Source: Candidatus Wukongarchaeum yapensis
Lineage (GTDB): Archaea > Asgardarchaeota > Wukongarchaeia > Wukongarchaeales > Wukongarchaeaceae
NCBI GenBank assembly: GCA_016840425.1
Contig: JAEOSI010000002.1
Coordinates: 1 to 27,598, forward strand
Reading direction: 5' to 3'
DNA: 27,598 bases
Position numbers and translations under genes: made by a program. Every line of letters starts with the position of its first letter. Within the stretch, counting starts at the first letter, position 1. Below, piece by piece: positions 1-8,065 of the stretch. The notes under the pieces are model-generated. The model had not been told where the DNA came from. It saw only the letters and a list, made by a program, of their open reading frames with translations, and did no database searches.

Positions 1-282
1 GCCTAAAAATCCAGCCAGTACAGAACAACCCGTACCAACTAAATAGGCAATACCAGTTTTCGTATTAATCGCAACCGAGATAACTGCAAATAGTATAATT
101 ATAAAAAAAACTAAGGTTTGATATTCTCGTTTGAGAAATGCTAGTGCACCTTTTCTTACGGCATTACTTATCTCTTGCATTTCTTTAGATCCTGCATCAT
201 GTTCCATGATCATTTTCGCAAGATACAGTGCAAATACTAGTGCTAATATACCCGCAATTACATCAAGCGCTATCATTTTCAT
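1..282 (-). CDS. hppA: Membrane-bound H+/Na+-translocating pyrophosphatase, N-terminal 94 aa (runs off window start)
   Basis: Hand translation MKMIALDVIAGILALVFALYLAKMIMEHDAGSKEMQEISNAVRKGALAFLKREYQTL...AYLVGTGCSVLAGFLG matches the M-PPase N-terminal pattern GxxxMxEIxxAIxxGAxAFLxREY and the following TM helices. Not in the ORF track because it has no stop in the window. Confidence 0.93.
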   Translation of the reverse strand, partial: MKMIALDVIAGILALVFALYLAKMIMEHDAGSKEMQEISNAVRKGALAFLKREYQTLVFFIIILFAVISVAINTKTGIAYLVGTGCSVLAGFLG

Positions 283-328
283 TCCATGTCCGTAACAAAA
301 TATTTTAGGATATAATACCGTTTTATTA

Positions 329-501
329 TCATACTTTTAATGCATAACTTCTCGGAATGGTAATATCCTTTTGGCTATCTCGCTATTCTCAGGATCAATG
401 ACTACAATAGCCATTCCAACCCTCAGATAACGTGGAAGTTTTGCATATATCATAATTTTGCCTACATTTTAAAATTTTTATGACAGTTTTAAATGTTTCA
501 T
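329..501 (-). pseudogene. spt4: Degraded Spt4 / RpoE'' (transcription elongation factor) relic
   Basis: Pieces in shifting frames read MK..C(H)K...ICKTSTLSEGWNGY / VVIDPENSEIAKR / ITIPRSYALKV*, matching archaeal Spt4 CxxC..LSxxWxGxVxIxDPExSEIAK..PGxYALKV. At least three frameshifts and an eroded first CxxC. Confidence 0.85.
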
Positions 502-731
502 TTATTTTTCTCCTTTGATTTAGCTTCTTTTCTTCTTCTTCAAGCCATCATAATTTATCTAAATTCGTTTGTCTCATTGTTAACCGATTTTACCCGTTTT
601 TGATGCACTTTTTAAGTTAACTGCAATAATACACGCTTTAACCTTGTCACCTTCTTTTAACGTTCTATTCGTGTCTCTTCCATTGAGAACGTTTTTTTCT
701 ATCAAGTGAGACATCCAATGGCCCTATACGG
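502..731 (-). pseudogene. rpoE1: Degraded 3' half of RNA polymerase subunit E' (Rpo7)
   Basis: Frames read RIGPLD-[deletion]-SLDRK / NVLNGRDTNRTLKEGDKVKACIIAVNLKSASKTGKIG / TMRQTNLDKL*WLEEEEKK, matching the RpoE1 S1-domain and C-terminal motifs GPxDG, LKxGDxVRARIxAV and KIGLTMRQPxLGKxEW. It has frameshifts and an internal TGA, and it abuts spt4 as in the conserved rpoE1-spt4 operon. Confidence 0.88.
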
Positions 732-1201
732 GTGAACTACCCTGCCCTTATGGACGGGGTTTCCGTACATGTCAAATGAGACGGATCCCATTTGACCACG
801 TTGCCCGAGTTCACGCGGGGATTACAGTTAGGAGCGTTTTCCAACGATCCATACTGATACGTTTTAAGGATGTTTATAGCCCCGATCACGTCGGGGTGGT
901 TTTTATAACCGCATTTGTTACACCTAAAAATTCCTCTTTTTTTGCGGTTTTTCCTCTTTCTATCACCGCAGACAGGACATGTTCTGCTGGTGTATTTTTC
1001 GCTGACCTTCTTTAACGCGATGCCTACTCTTTTGAGTTTGTACTCTAAGAGCGAGGTCAGCGTAATGTAGCTCCATGAGTGGAGCTTTTGGTTGGTTTTC
1101 CTCCCTAGGTTTTTTCCTTTCCCGTTGTTATTTTTTCTTATGTTTTTTTGTTTTTTTAGACGGTTGTTTTTGGAAAAAGAGATAGTGGGCGGAGAGTTCA
1201 C
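732..1201 (-). mobile_element. Internally deleted IS200/IS605-family (tnpB) element, 470 bp, with both ends
   Basis: On the minus strand it starts GTGAACTCTCCGCCC (half of a left-end hairpin) and ends GAAACCCCGTCCATAAGGGCAGGGTAGTTCAC (right-end hairpin). Only the 3' part of tnpB lies between them. End assignment is by similarity to typical IS605 ends; boundaries are uncertain by 1-2 nt. Confidence 0.75.
737..1201 (-). pseudogene. tnpB: TnpB C-terminal fragment (Zn ribbon plus RuvC-III)
   Basis: Contains KLHSWSY..L..LLEYK, EKYTSRTCPVCG, FRCNKCGYKNHPDVIGAINI and the ETPSIRAG* tail. It is only 154 aa: REC/WED, RuvC-I and the RuvC-II acidic residue are missing, and the GTG start comes from the element's left end. 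Confidence 0.9.
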
Positions 1202-1752
1202 GGAGTGGCGAGTTTTTCGTATTCTTTTTTTAATATTCCGTATGTGAGTTCGTTATGCCATTTATTGTGTTTAAATAATGTTTCCCTCATTATTGCTTCT
1301 AGTTTAAACCCGCACTTTTCTAGGACTTTCTTGGAACCGATATTTTCTTCAAATAGGCGAGCATAAATTCTATGAAGTTTTAATTTTTCAAAACCGAGTT
1401 TTAGGATTAGTTTAACGGCTTCTGCCATTAACCCTTTTCCCCAATATTTCTTACCAAGCCAGTATCCCACTTCTGCATTTTTATTTTTCCAGTCTATGTT
1501 ACCTAAACTTACCATGCCGATGACTTCATCGGTATTTTTTAAAACGATTCCAAAATCGTAACCTTTTTTCTTTTTGAGTCTATAGTGCGCTCTTCTTATG
1601 AATTTTATCGCTTCATCTCTCGGGTATGGATGGGGAATATTCAACGTCCATCTAGTAACTTCTTCATCTTTCACATTCTCGTAAATATCTTGAGCGTCTG
1701 AAATTTTGAGTTTCCTTATCTTTATCCTTCCTTCATCCAGTTCTAGTGCCAT
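1198..1752 (-). CDS. RimJ/RimL-family GNAT N-acetyltransferase
   Basis: Motifs AEVGYWLGKKYWGKGLMAEAV and NIGSKKVLEKCGFKLE. The longest ORF extends to 1803; ATG at 1752 fits the usual family start. The TGA stop is supplied by the IS left end. Confidence 0.9.
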   Translation of the reverse strand: MALELDEGRIKIRKLKISDAQDIYENVKDEEVTRWTLNIPHPYPRDEAIKFIRRAHYRLKKKKGYDFGIVLKNTDEVIGMVSLGNIDWKNKNAEVGYWLGKKYWGKGLMAEAVKLILKLGFEKLKLHRIYARLFEENIGSKKVLEKCGFKLEAIMRETLFKHNKWHNELTYGILKKEYEKLATP

Positions 1753-1824
1753 AGTAAATTTTGAGTTAAAAGTGTTTATCATTTTTTTGTTTTTCAACAC
1801 CAAGGACGTGTACTGAGAGTTTAA

Positions 1825-1864
1825 GTGAACTAACCTACTTTATGGACGGAGCTTCCGTACATGT
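1825..1864 (-). mobile_element. Orphan second copy of the tnpB element right end
   Basis: GTGAACTAACCTACTTTATGGACGGAGCTTCCGTACATGT aligns to 732-772 at 35/41 positions by hand count, including the bases coding the TnpB tail TCTE(A/T)PSI. Confidence 0.85.
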
Positions 1865-2018
1865 TGATCTTTGTATTATGGTATTCAAGGCTTGGAAAAT
1901 GATTGGAAAACCAGAGAGGAGCAAGCTTAACATGAATGGATGAAAAGAGTACGTTTTGGGATCTGGCGTGGGTATCTGGCGGTTTTAGAAATCATATTGA
2001 CCTTTTTTCTCTATAATT

Positions 2019-2199
2019 CGGCTGGTTTCGAGTAGAGTAAAAGAAGAGTACAAACACAGGAAAAGCGTTGAAAGACTGTTCGGCTGGCTAAAATCATTCA
2101 AAAGAATCGCCGTAAGATACGAAAAACTCGCCACAACATACACAGCATTCATACTATTAGCATGAATCCTCATCCTATGGAGAGTTTTGAAATGAGCTC
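2019..2199 (+). pseudogene. IS5-family DDE transposase C-terminal relic with probable right terminal repeat
   Basis: The + frame reads KEEYKHRKSVERLFGWLKSFKRIAVRYEKLATTYTAFILLA*ILILWRVLK*, the typical IS5-family tail (R..VER.FGWLK.FRRIA.RYEKLA). In-frame TGA at 2163; the end TTTTGAAATGAGCTC overlaps the stop. Confidence 0.85.
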
Positions 2200-2260
2200 G
2201 CTATGTAGATTAAAATTAGTTTAATGTTTTAGTTTAGTTTGTTTTTTTACTATGTGTATT

Positions 2261-2548
2261 TTAACCTCCTGCAACGGGGGGAAATATGGCTACGATATCG
2301 CTGTCTTTTAAGGGAGAGTTAATCTCGTCTAAAAACTTTATGTTTCTACCATTAATCATTATATTTACCTGCGGTCTAATATTTCCATTTTCTAAAATTT
2401 TATTACGAAACTCCTCCCCAAATTTTTGAAACAAGCGCTCTAAAAGATCGATCAGTTTCAGAGTCTCTTCGGGTCCAACTTCCAATTCTAACTCTTTTAA
2501 GCCTAAAAGATCGCGAAAAGTTGCAAAAAACTTCACATTAATAGGCAT
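2261..2548 (-). CDS. moaD: MoaD/ThiS/SAMP ubiquitin-like sulfur carrier
   Basis: Beta-grasp pattern NVKFFATFRDL, then VNIMINGRNIKFL and C-terminal PPVAGG. Lies downstream of aor. Confidence 0.93.
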   Translation of the reverse strand: MPINVKFFATFRDLLGLKELELEVGPEETLKLIDLLERLFQKFGEEFRNKILENGNIRPQVNIMINGRNIKFLDEINSPLKDSDIVAIFPPVAGG

Positions 2549-2865
2549 AGTGTCTAACCACCAACCCTAATCAATTTTTAATAATAATCAAAATAATCTT
2601 CGTTCTTAAAGAGGAAACAAGAGGTATAAAAATAAAACTAAAAACCATGAACTAGCTTATTATTAGGATTATAAAGAAGACCTTTTTCTCCCCATAATTT
2701 TTTCAATATGACCCCTATATTTTTTTTTAAAAGATAATTAACTATTTGTTCTGCATCCATAGTTTTCTTCAATCCCATTTTAGTCTCTATTTATGTTTTT
2801 TGGGATTTCTAAAAAAAAGAGACTGGTATTTTTAAGAAAAAAAGAAGAAATGGTTTGGTTTAATT

Positions 2866-4686
2866 TTAGAGATATTGTGTAAATTCTCCGAGTGCTAGTC
2901 GTTCTAAGGTTTCTTTTTTGGGCTTGCCTTCTACCCATCCTCGTTTTTCCCAGAATTCTTTAATCATTTTGTCTGCATGGGCAGCCGTATGTCCTTTAGC
3001 CGGTCCTTCTGGAATGGGTGTTTCTATGAGTCTTTTCGGTAGTTCGTCTTTTATATATTTTCCTTCTCTTACGCTGAACATTCGTTCCATGTTGTAGAGT
3101 CGTTCGCCTGTTTCCATTAGTTCGTCGGGGGTTATGTTCCATCCAGTAAAGGGCGCTAAGGCGTCTGTTATGTCTGTATGGTCAAGGCTAAAGCCGTTAA
3201 ATTTACAGCAGACTACGCTATCTATTACAATGAATAGGTTTTGCTGGTATATGTTTAGGTCAACTTTTTCACCGTTTTCTTTTAAGGGGTCTATCGATTT
3301 AGGTATTCCTAGAAGTGCCCATGTTACGGGATAAGATCTTAGGTGTCCTTCTCCTCTGTTACTGGTAGCGTATGCTACGGCAAAGCCTTTCATAGCTCTG
3401 GGGTCGTATGCTGCAAGACCCATACCTCTTGTGGTTATGGCTGCTTCAGGGTCTCCGTATTTTTCTGCTAAGGCTAAGGTTCCTTTAGCTAAATCGTCTC
3501 CAAATCCGTCTCTGTGGGCAGTTCGCCATATCAGTTCTATGGCAGCATCAGCGTTGCCCCAAGTTAGTTCTAAACCGCCTGTATCTTCTGTGGTTATTTT
3601 TCCTTTTTCAAAGAGTTCCATGGCGGTTCCCAAGACATTTCCATAGCTTATGGTATCCATACCCATGTCGTTTAAGAGGTAGTTTATTTTCAAAAGGGCA
3701 GGCAGGTCTCCGATACCACAGTTTGCTCCATTAGCCCATATGGTTTCGTATTCAGGGCTCTCATGTTCTGGAATGTCGTAGTTTTCCGTTTTTGCTCTAA
3801 CCAGTCGTCCACATTTAATTATACAGCCCCAACATCCAACTGGTTTGATCAAATATTTTTCAGCTAAGGTTTCTCCACTTATTTCATCTGCTTTTTCAAA
3901 AACTGCAGCGCTGAAGTTTCTAGTAGGCCATGCTCCAATATTGTTAACCATATTGACAAGAACCGCTGTGCCGTACGTGGTAAGGGCTTCTGTAACGCCG
4001 TGGTTTTTTACCTTTTCATGTTTCTCTTTTGCAACCTTAGAAAAAGCTTCTTTATCAACAGCTTCAGGATGTTTTGTTCCTTTGACGAATACGGCCTTTA
4101 ACTTTTTAGATCCTAAGACGGCGGCTAGACCCGTTCTTCCAGCGGCCCTCCATTTGTCATTCATTATGGCTGCTACGTTAGCCATGTTTTCGCCTGCCGG
4201 CCCTATGCCTAGAACGCTTCCACCTTTCTCCGCGCTCATTTCTTTTCTAATTTTGTTGTCTGTGTGGACAAGTCCTTTGCCCCACAAGTGTGATGCATCA
4301 TGAAGTTTTGGCTTCCCTTCTACTATGCTTAAGTATTGAGGTTTTGCGCCCATTCCTTCCATGACAATTCCATCATAGCCGGAAAATCTAAGCCATGGTC
4401 CAAAGTTACCGCCTGAGTTAGAGTCTCCTAAAATGCCGCTTTGAGGACTTTTACCTATTACGTGATATCTTCCACTTTCAGGGAATTGTGTCCCTGTTAT
4501 GGGGCCAGTTAAGATGTATATCTTGTTTTTTGGTCCTAAGGGGTCTATTCCTTTGGGGATTTCTTTGAAAGCTAAGTAGGCTCCTAGGCCTCTTCCTCCT
4601 AACCATTTCCTAACTTCTTCGTCTTTTATAACGTGGTCTTTAAAGCTTCCCTTAGATAGATCTACTCTTAAAAGTTTTAATTCCAA
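2866..4686 (-). CDS. aor: Tungsten-containing aldehyde:ferredoxin oxidoreductase
   Basis: 606 aa with KSPQSG...SNSGG, RAAGRTGLAAVLGSKKLKA, the CWGCIIKC Fe-S motif, PEYET, DMGMDTIS and DSVVCC. TTG start behind a GAGG SD. Confidence 0.96.
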   Translation of the reverse strand: MELKLLRVDLSKGSFKDHVIKDEEVRKWLGGRGLGAYLAFKEIPKGIDPLGPKNKIYILTGPITGTQFPESGRYHVIGKSPQSGILGDSNSGGNFGPWLRFSGYDGIVMEGMGAKPQYLSIVEGKPKLHDASHLWGKGLVHTDNKIRKEMSAEKGGSVLGIGPAGENMANVAAIMNDKWRAAGRTGLAAVLGSKKLKAVFVKGTKHPEAVDKEAFSKVAKEKHEKVKNHGVTEALTTYGTAVLVNMVNNIGAWPTRNFSAAVFEKADEISGETLAEKYLIKPVGCWGCIIKCGRLVRAKTENYDIPEHESPEYETIWANGANCGIGDLPALLKINYLLNDMGMDTISYGNVLGTAMELFEKGKITTEDTGGLELTWGNADAAIELIWRTAHRDGFGDDLAKGTLALAEKYGDPEAAITTRGMGLAAYDPRAMKGFAVAYATSNRGEGHLRSYPVTWALLGIPKSIDPLKENGEKVDLNIYQQNLFIVIDSVVCCKFNGFSLDHTDITDALAPFTGWNITPDELMETGERLYNMERMFSVREGKYIKDELPKRLIETPIPEGPAKGHTAAHADKMIKEFWEKRGWVEGKPKKETLERLALGEFTQYL

Positions 4687-4713
4687 AGTAAAATCCTCTC
4701 CACCATTCTCTTA

Positions 4714-4772
4714 TTTTAAAGGTGTAGAAACTTTTTCTACTCCACCTAAAAGATGAGCACGCTGTTTATAAG
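4714..4772 (-). promoter_or_regulatory. aor promoter: BRE/TATA (4765-4772) followed by a 7-3-7 inverted repeat (4724-4740)
   Basis: Minus strand AAAAAACTTATAAAC, then GTAGAAA-N3-TTTCTAC (perfect arms) with imperfect outer arms, just downstream of the expected start site. Confidence 0.55.
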
Positions 4773-4806
4773 TTTTTTTAAATTTTAAAAAGTATTTTTT
4801 ATTTTG

Positions 4807-5526
4807 CTATTTTGTTCCCCAGAGAAGCATGTATCTAGAAACACATTTTATAGGCTCTATGTTTAAGTCCTGTTTCATATGCTTAATACCTCTTTGAAAC
4901 GCTTTTTCTGGGATTATGTGGAGGGACGAGAACGCTTTGTCGCGGTAGGGTTGTGCATCAGTGAGTTGGTAGGTAAACTCCACTATAATCTCAGTAATCG
5001 TGTCAAATCCAACTTGCTTCATGTAATCTTTGAGTTTAGGGATACTAGGGTATCTTCTTAGATCAGCCTCGACAGTTTCTGGAAAATAGACTGCAAGTGG
5101 CTGACGATTGCGAATAATCCATTCGGAATCTGTAACAGTACATAATTTTCTCCCTCTTTTTAGCACCCGATAAGCCTCTTGGAAATAATTCATTATGTTG
5201 CTCACATGATGGATCACGTCCGCTGAAAACACAAAATCGAAGAAGTTTTGCGGGAAATCCAGTTTTTCAGCCTTGCCAAGTTGAAAACTAATTCTTTCTG
5301 ATCGTTTTCTAGCTTTAGAAAGCATCTGTTCTGATGGATCAATGCCCCAACATGAGCAACCAGTAAGGGATTCTAAAGCAACGATGTAATTACCTGTACC
5401 ACATCCTACTTCTAGTACTTTGGAAATAGTCCCAATTCCGCTGGTCAAGAAAAGGCTTTTCAGGACTTCTGGATGAACTTGTCGGTGCTGTACGTATTCC
5501 AAAGCTATTTTATCGTAATCAATCAT
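4807..5526 (-). CDS. Class I SAM-dependent methyltransferase
   Basis: Motif I VLEVGCGTG, then GIDPSEQML, AEKLDFPQNFFDFV and EAYRVLKRG. ATG at 5526 follows GAGGTG; the ORF track start is 5547. Confidence 0.92.
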   Translation of the reverse strand: MIDYDKIALEYVQHRQVHPEVLKSLFLTSGIGTISKVLEVGCGTGNYIVALESLTGCSCWGIDPSEQMLSKARKRSERISFQLGKAEKLDFPQNFFDFVFSADVIHHVSNIMNYFQEAYRVLKRGRKLCTVTDSEWIIRNRQPLAVYFPETVEADLRRYPSIPKLKDYMKQVGFDTITEIIVEFTYQLTDAQPYRDKAFSSLHIIPEKAFQRGIKHMKQDLNIEPIKCVSRYMLLWGTK

Positions 5527-5719
5527 GTTATAATGTTCACCTCTCACAACACTACCTTGACAGTAAGAATGGCGAATTTAGGATAAAATAAGTTCGATAA
5601 AAGCTTTTTTAACTTAAATTTGCTTATTTTCGAAGGACTCAAAACATCTTTGTGGATGAAGGATGAAGTGAAATATAAGATGGTGAATAGATAATGTTTG
5701 TAAAGGAGTATTTGAATAG

Positions 5720-6433
5720 ATGTCTGAATTTGAAAAAAAGAAAAATTTTAGCGATAAATCGCCAGAAGAATGGTTTGAACTGGGATTTAAAGTAAAAGAC
5801 CTACAAGAGAAATTAGAATATTTCTCAAAAGCTCTTGAAATAGATCCAAAGCACATATCTGCATGGTATAATAAGGGTGCAGTTCTCTTTGCTTTAGGCA
5901 GGTTTGAAGAATCACTAGAATGTTTTGACAAAGCTCTCGAAATAGAACCAAAATACGGGGATGCATGGTATAATAAGGGCTATCTTCTCTATGGTTTGGA
6001 GAGGTTTGAAGAAGCACTAGAATGTTTTGACAAAGCCCTTGAACTAGATCCAGAAGGCGTAGACGCATGGATCAATAAGGGCTTAACTCTCGATATATTA
6101 GGAAGATCTGAGGAAGCACTAGAATGTTTTGAAAAAGCTATTGAGCTAGACCCAAAAGAGAAGAGAGCATGGTCCAATAAGGGGTTAACGCTCGGTCTAA
6201 TGGAGAGATTTGAGGAATCACTTGAATATTTTGAGAAAGCCCTTGAACTAGATCCAGAAGATATATTTTCATGGATCAATAAAGGCTCATCCCTCGCTTT
6301 ATTAGAGAGGTTTGAAGAAGCAATAAAATGTTTTGAGAAAGCTCTTGAACTAGATCCAGAAAACGAGCTTGCATTGAAAAGCAGAGAGGTAGCAATGAGT
6401 AGCTTGGAGAATAGAAAAGATATGGAGCCTTAA
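5720..6433 (+). CDS. Tetratricopeptide repeat protein
   Basis: Five complete 34-aa repeats of AWxNKG..L..L.RFEEALECFxKALELDP plus partial and capping repeats, visible as 102-bp DNA periodicity. Confidence 0.95.
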   Translation: MSEFEKKKNFSDKSPEEWFELGFKVKDLQEKLEYFSKALEIDPKHISAWYNKGAVLFALGRFEESLECFDKALEIEPKYGDAWYNKGYLLYGLERFEEALECFDKALELDPEGVDAWINKGLTLDILGRSEEALECFEKAIELDPKEKRAWSNKGLTLGLMERFEESLEYFEKALELDPEDIFSWINKGSSLALLERFEEAIKCFEKALELDPENELALKSREVAMSSLENRKDMEP

Positions 6434-6552
6434 AATTCAAGAATTATATTCCATTCTTAGTTCTATAGCTGTAACTAAGGAAAAATTCCGAATATAGTAA
6501 CTGAGACTCACCCTCTCAAAGGACAGTTCCGAACGATTTCTCGAAATCCTTC

Positions 6553-6954
6553 CTACTCAACTTCACTTAACTTCTTTTCTATCCATTTATCCAAACCTAA
6601 TTCACCTATTTCTGGAAGGTTTTTAGGGGCAGAATGAGACTTAGAAAGCCAAACTTCCAATACTGGACAAGGATAGTGCTCACATTCGATACAAATTTTT
6701 ACACCTTGCCTTTTCCCACACTGACGGATAAGACAAAGGCGACATTCAAACCACATACTTTCTTCTGGACCTTGACAACCTTTACACATTAAACTAGAAG
6801 GATCTATTTTAATTCCCAGTTCTTCCCCTAGTTCTTTTGCCACTCTTCTCTTTAATTCAACATCACTTGAATGGACTGCTTTATAAACATAACAATCCGT
6901 TCCACAAAAAAGACCGCAAAAACCTAACAATTGATGCTTATTTTTCATTCTCAT
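6553..6954 (-). CDS. Cys-rich DUF3795-like protein
   Basis: CGLFCGTDC...CKGC...CRLCLIRQC...CIECEHYPC pattern recalled for this family. Confidence 0.8.
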   Translation of the reverse strand: MRMKNKHQLLGFCGLFCGTDCYVYKAVHSSDVELKRRVAKELGEELGIKIDPSSLMCKGCQGPEESMWFECRLCLIRQCGKRQGVKICIECEHYPCPVLEVWLSKSHSAPKNLPEIGELGLDKWIEKKLSEVE

Positions 6955-7000
6955 CTTTCTCCATAATTTTTTAGCTCTAGTCCGAAATTATTGCTAGCTT

Positions 7001-7735
7001 TTAGTCTACAAAAGGTCCATGTTGGTGAATAGGTTCTCCGTGTGGCTTACCTGTAAGGACTAAAAAGCGAGATAAAGCTTCACTCTGGACAGTTAATCGT
7101 TCTCCCTCCTTCAGGAAAAGCGCTTCTCCCGTTTTAATAGCTGTTTCTTCTGTTTTTAATACTCCTTGGAATACGTATATAAATCCTACAAACTCATCTG
7201 GTGTATTAACTGCATAACGTGCTTTTTCATCTAGGGTGATATCCAAGTATATTACTGGTGTTAGTAGTTCGACTGGAGATCCTTCTCCTACGATTGTTCT
7301 GATTTTACGACCTTCAACTGTTATTTCTGGAATCTGTTCAGGATCAACTTGTTGGTAGCTCGGTTCAATCTCCTTAAGTCGTTTCGGAAGATTGATCCAA
7401 ATTTGAAATCCGTGGTTTATTTTCTCTTTCCCAGGCATTTCAGAATGCATAATTCCTCGACCTGCAGTAAATCTCTGAACTCCTCCAGGAAAAACCTCAG
7501 TATCGTTTCCTATATCATCCGTATGTCGGAATGAACCTTTTAACATATAGGTAATAGCCTCAAATCCACGATGTGTATGTGGGGGGAATCCGGTGGAGGG
7601 ATCGACAAAGAATTCATCCAACAATACGAAAGGATCATAGTTTCTTAAATGCTGTGTTGGGAATAACCTTTTTACCCGGACACCAGCTCCTTCAAGCGTT
7701 TCTACGCTAGGAAACTTCCGTTTATTTTTGGGCAT
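7001..7735 (-). CDS. Pirin family bicupin
   Basis: DPFVLLDEF, FPPHTHRGFEAITY, AGRGIMHSEMP, FQIWINLP and GPFV. ATG at 7735 follows GGAGGT; the ORF track start is 7822. Confidence 0.95.
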   Translation of the reverse strand: MPKNKRKFPSVETLEGAGVRVKRLFPTQHLRNYDPFVLLDEFFVDPSTGFPPHTHRGFEAITYMLKGSFRHTDDIGNDTEVFPGGVQRFTAGRGIMHSEMPGKEKINHGFQIWINLPKRLKEIEPSYQQVDPEQIPEITVEGRKIRTIVGEGSPVELLTPVIYLDITLDEKARYAVNTPDEFVGFIYVFQGVLKTEETAIKTGEALFLKEGERLTVQSEALSRFLVLTGKPHGEPIHQHGPFVD

Positions 7736-8034
7736 TATCAAACCTCCAATTTTACATTTTAAAAAGTCTCCTTCTCCTCTTAATTTTACGACTGTGGAAG
7801 AGATTCGTAAGACAGCCAGCATATATCATAGAATTTTGATCATGTATACTTGTATCATTCTTAAATTCTTCCAAATCCTCTATTAATTTCCAAACTTTTT
7901 GTTAGTATAAACCGGAAAGACCAGGTCAAAATATTTGAAATGAGCATAATGTAAGTTAGAGAGGTTGTGATTTATTTTGGTTTGAATCTCCCTAAATTTT
8001 CGTTTCAAGTGCCTTGTATTTACTGAAGGTGAGC

Positions 8035-8065
8035 AAGAAGGCCCCAGCCCTTTAGGTCGGGGATA
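8035..8065 (+). mobile_element. Degenerate IS200/IS605-type end hairpin
   Basis: AAGAAGGCCCCAGCCCTTTAGGTCGGGGATA resembles the right-end hairpin at 732-763 read on its minus strand (GAAACCCCGTCCATAAGGGCAGGGTAG). Confidence 0.55.

Noticed and set aside
337-453. 38-aa ORF MIYAKLPRYL...EVMH
   Set aside because: It is a chance frame through the spt4 relic; only its VVIDPENSEIAKR part is in the original frame.
737-1201. TnpB as an active nuclease or a TldR-type dead repressor
   Set aside because: Only the C-terminal ~130 aa remain. The RNA/TAM-binding lobes are gone and the RuvC-III Asp is still present, which fits truncation rather than programmed inactivation.
2163-2165. In-frame TGA as possible selenocysteine or readthrough
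   Set aside because: It lies in a 5'-truncated transposase; a nonsense mutation is the simpler explanation and no SECIS was recognisable.
1985-2173. 62-aa minus-strand ORF
   Set aside because: Antisense shadow of the IS5 transposase relic.
2638-2778. 46-aa minus ORF MGLKKTMDAEQIVNYLL.. between aor and moaD
   Set aside because: No recognisable motif or SD, AT-rich with a 9-nt homopolymer. It cannot be supported without a homology search.
5760-6400. 102-bp periodic DNA repeats
   Set aside because: Fully explained by TPR coding repeats; not a CRISPR array. No CRISPR repeat-spacer structure was seen anywhere in the window.
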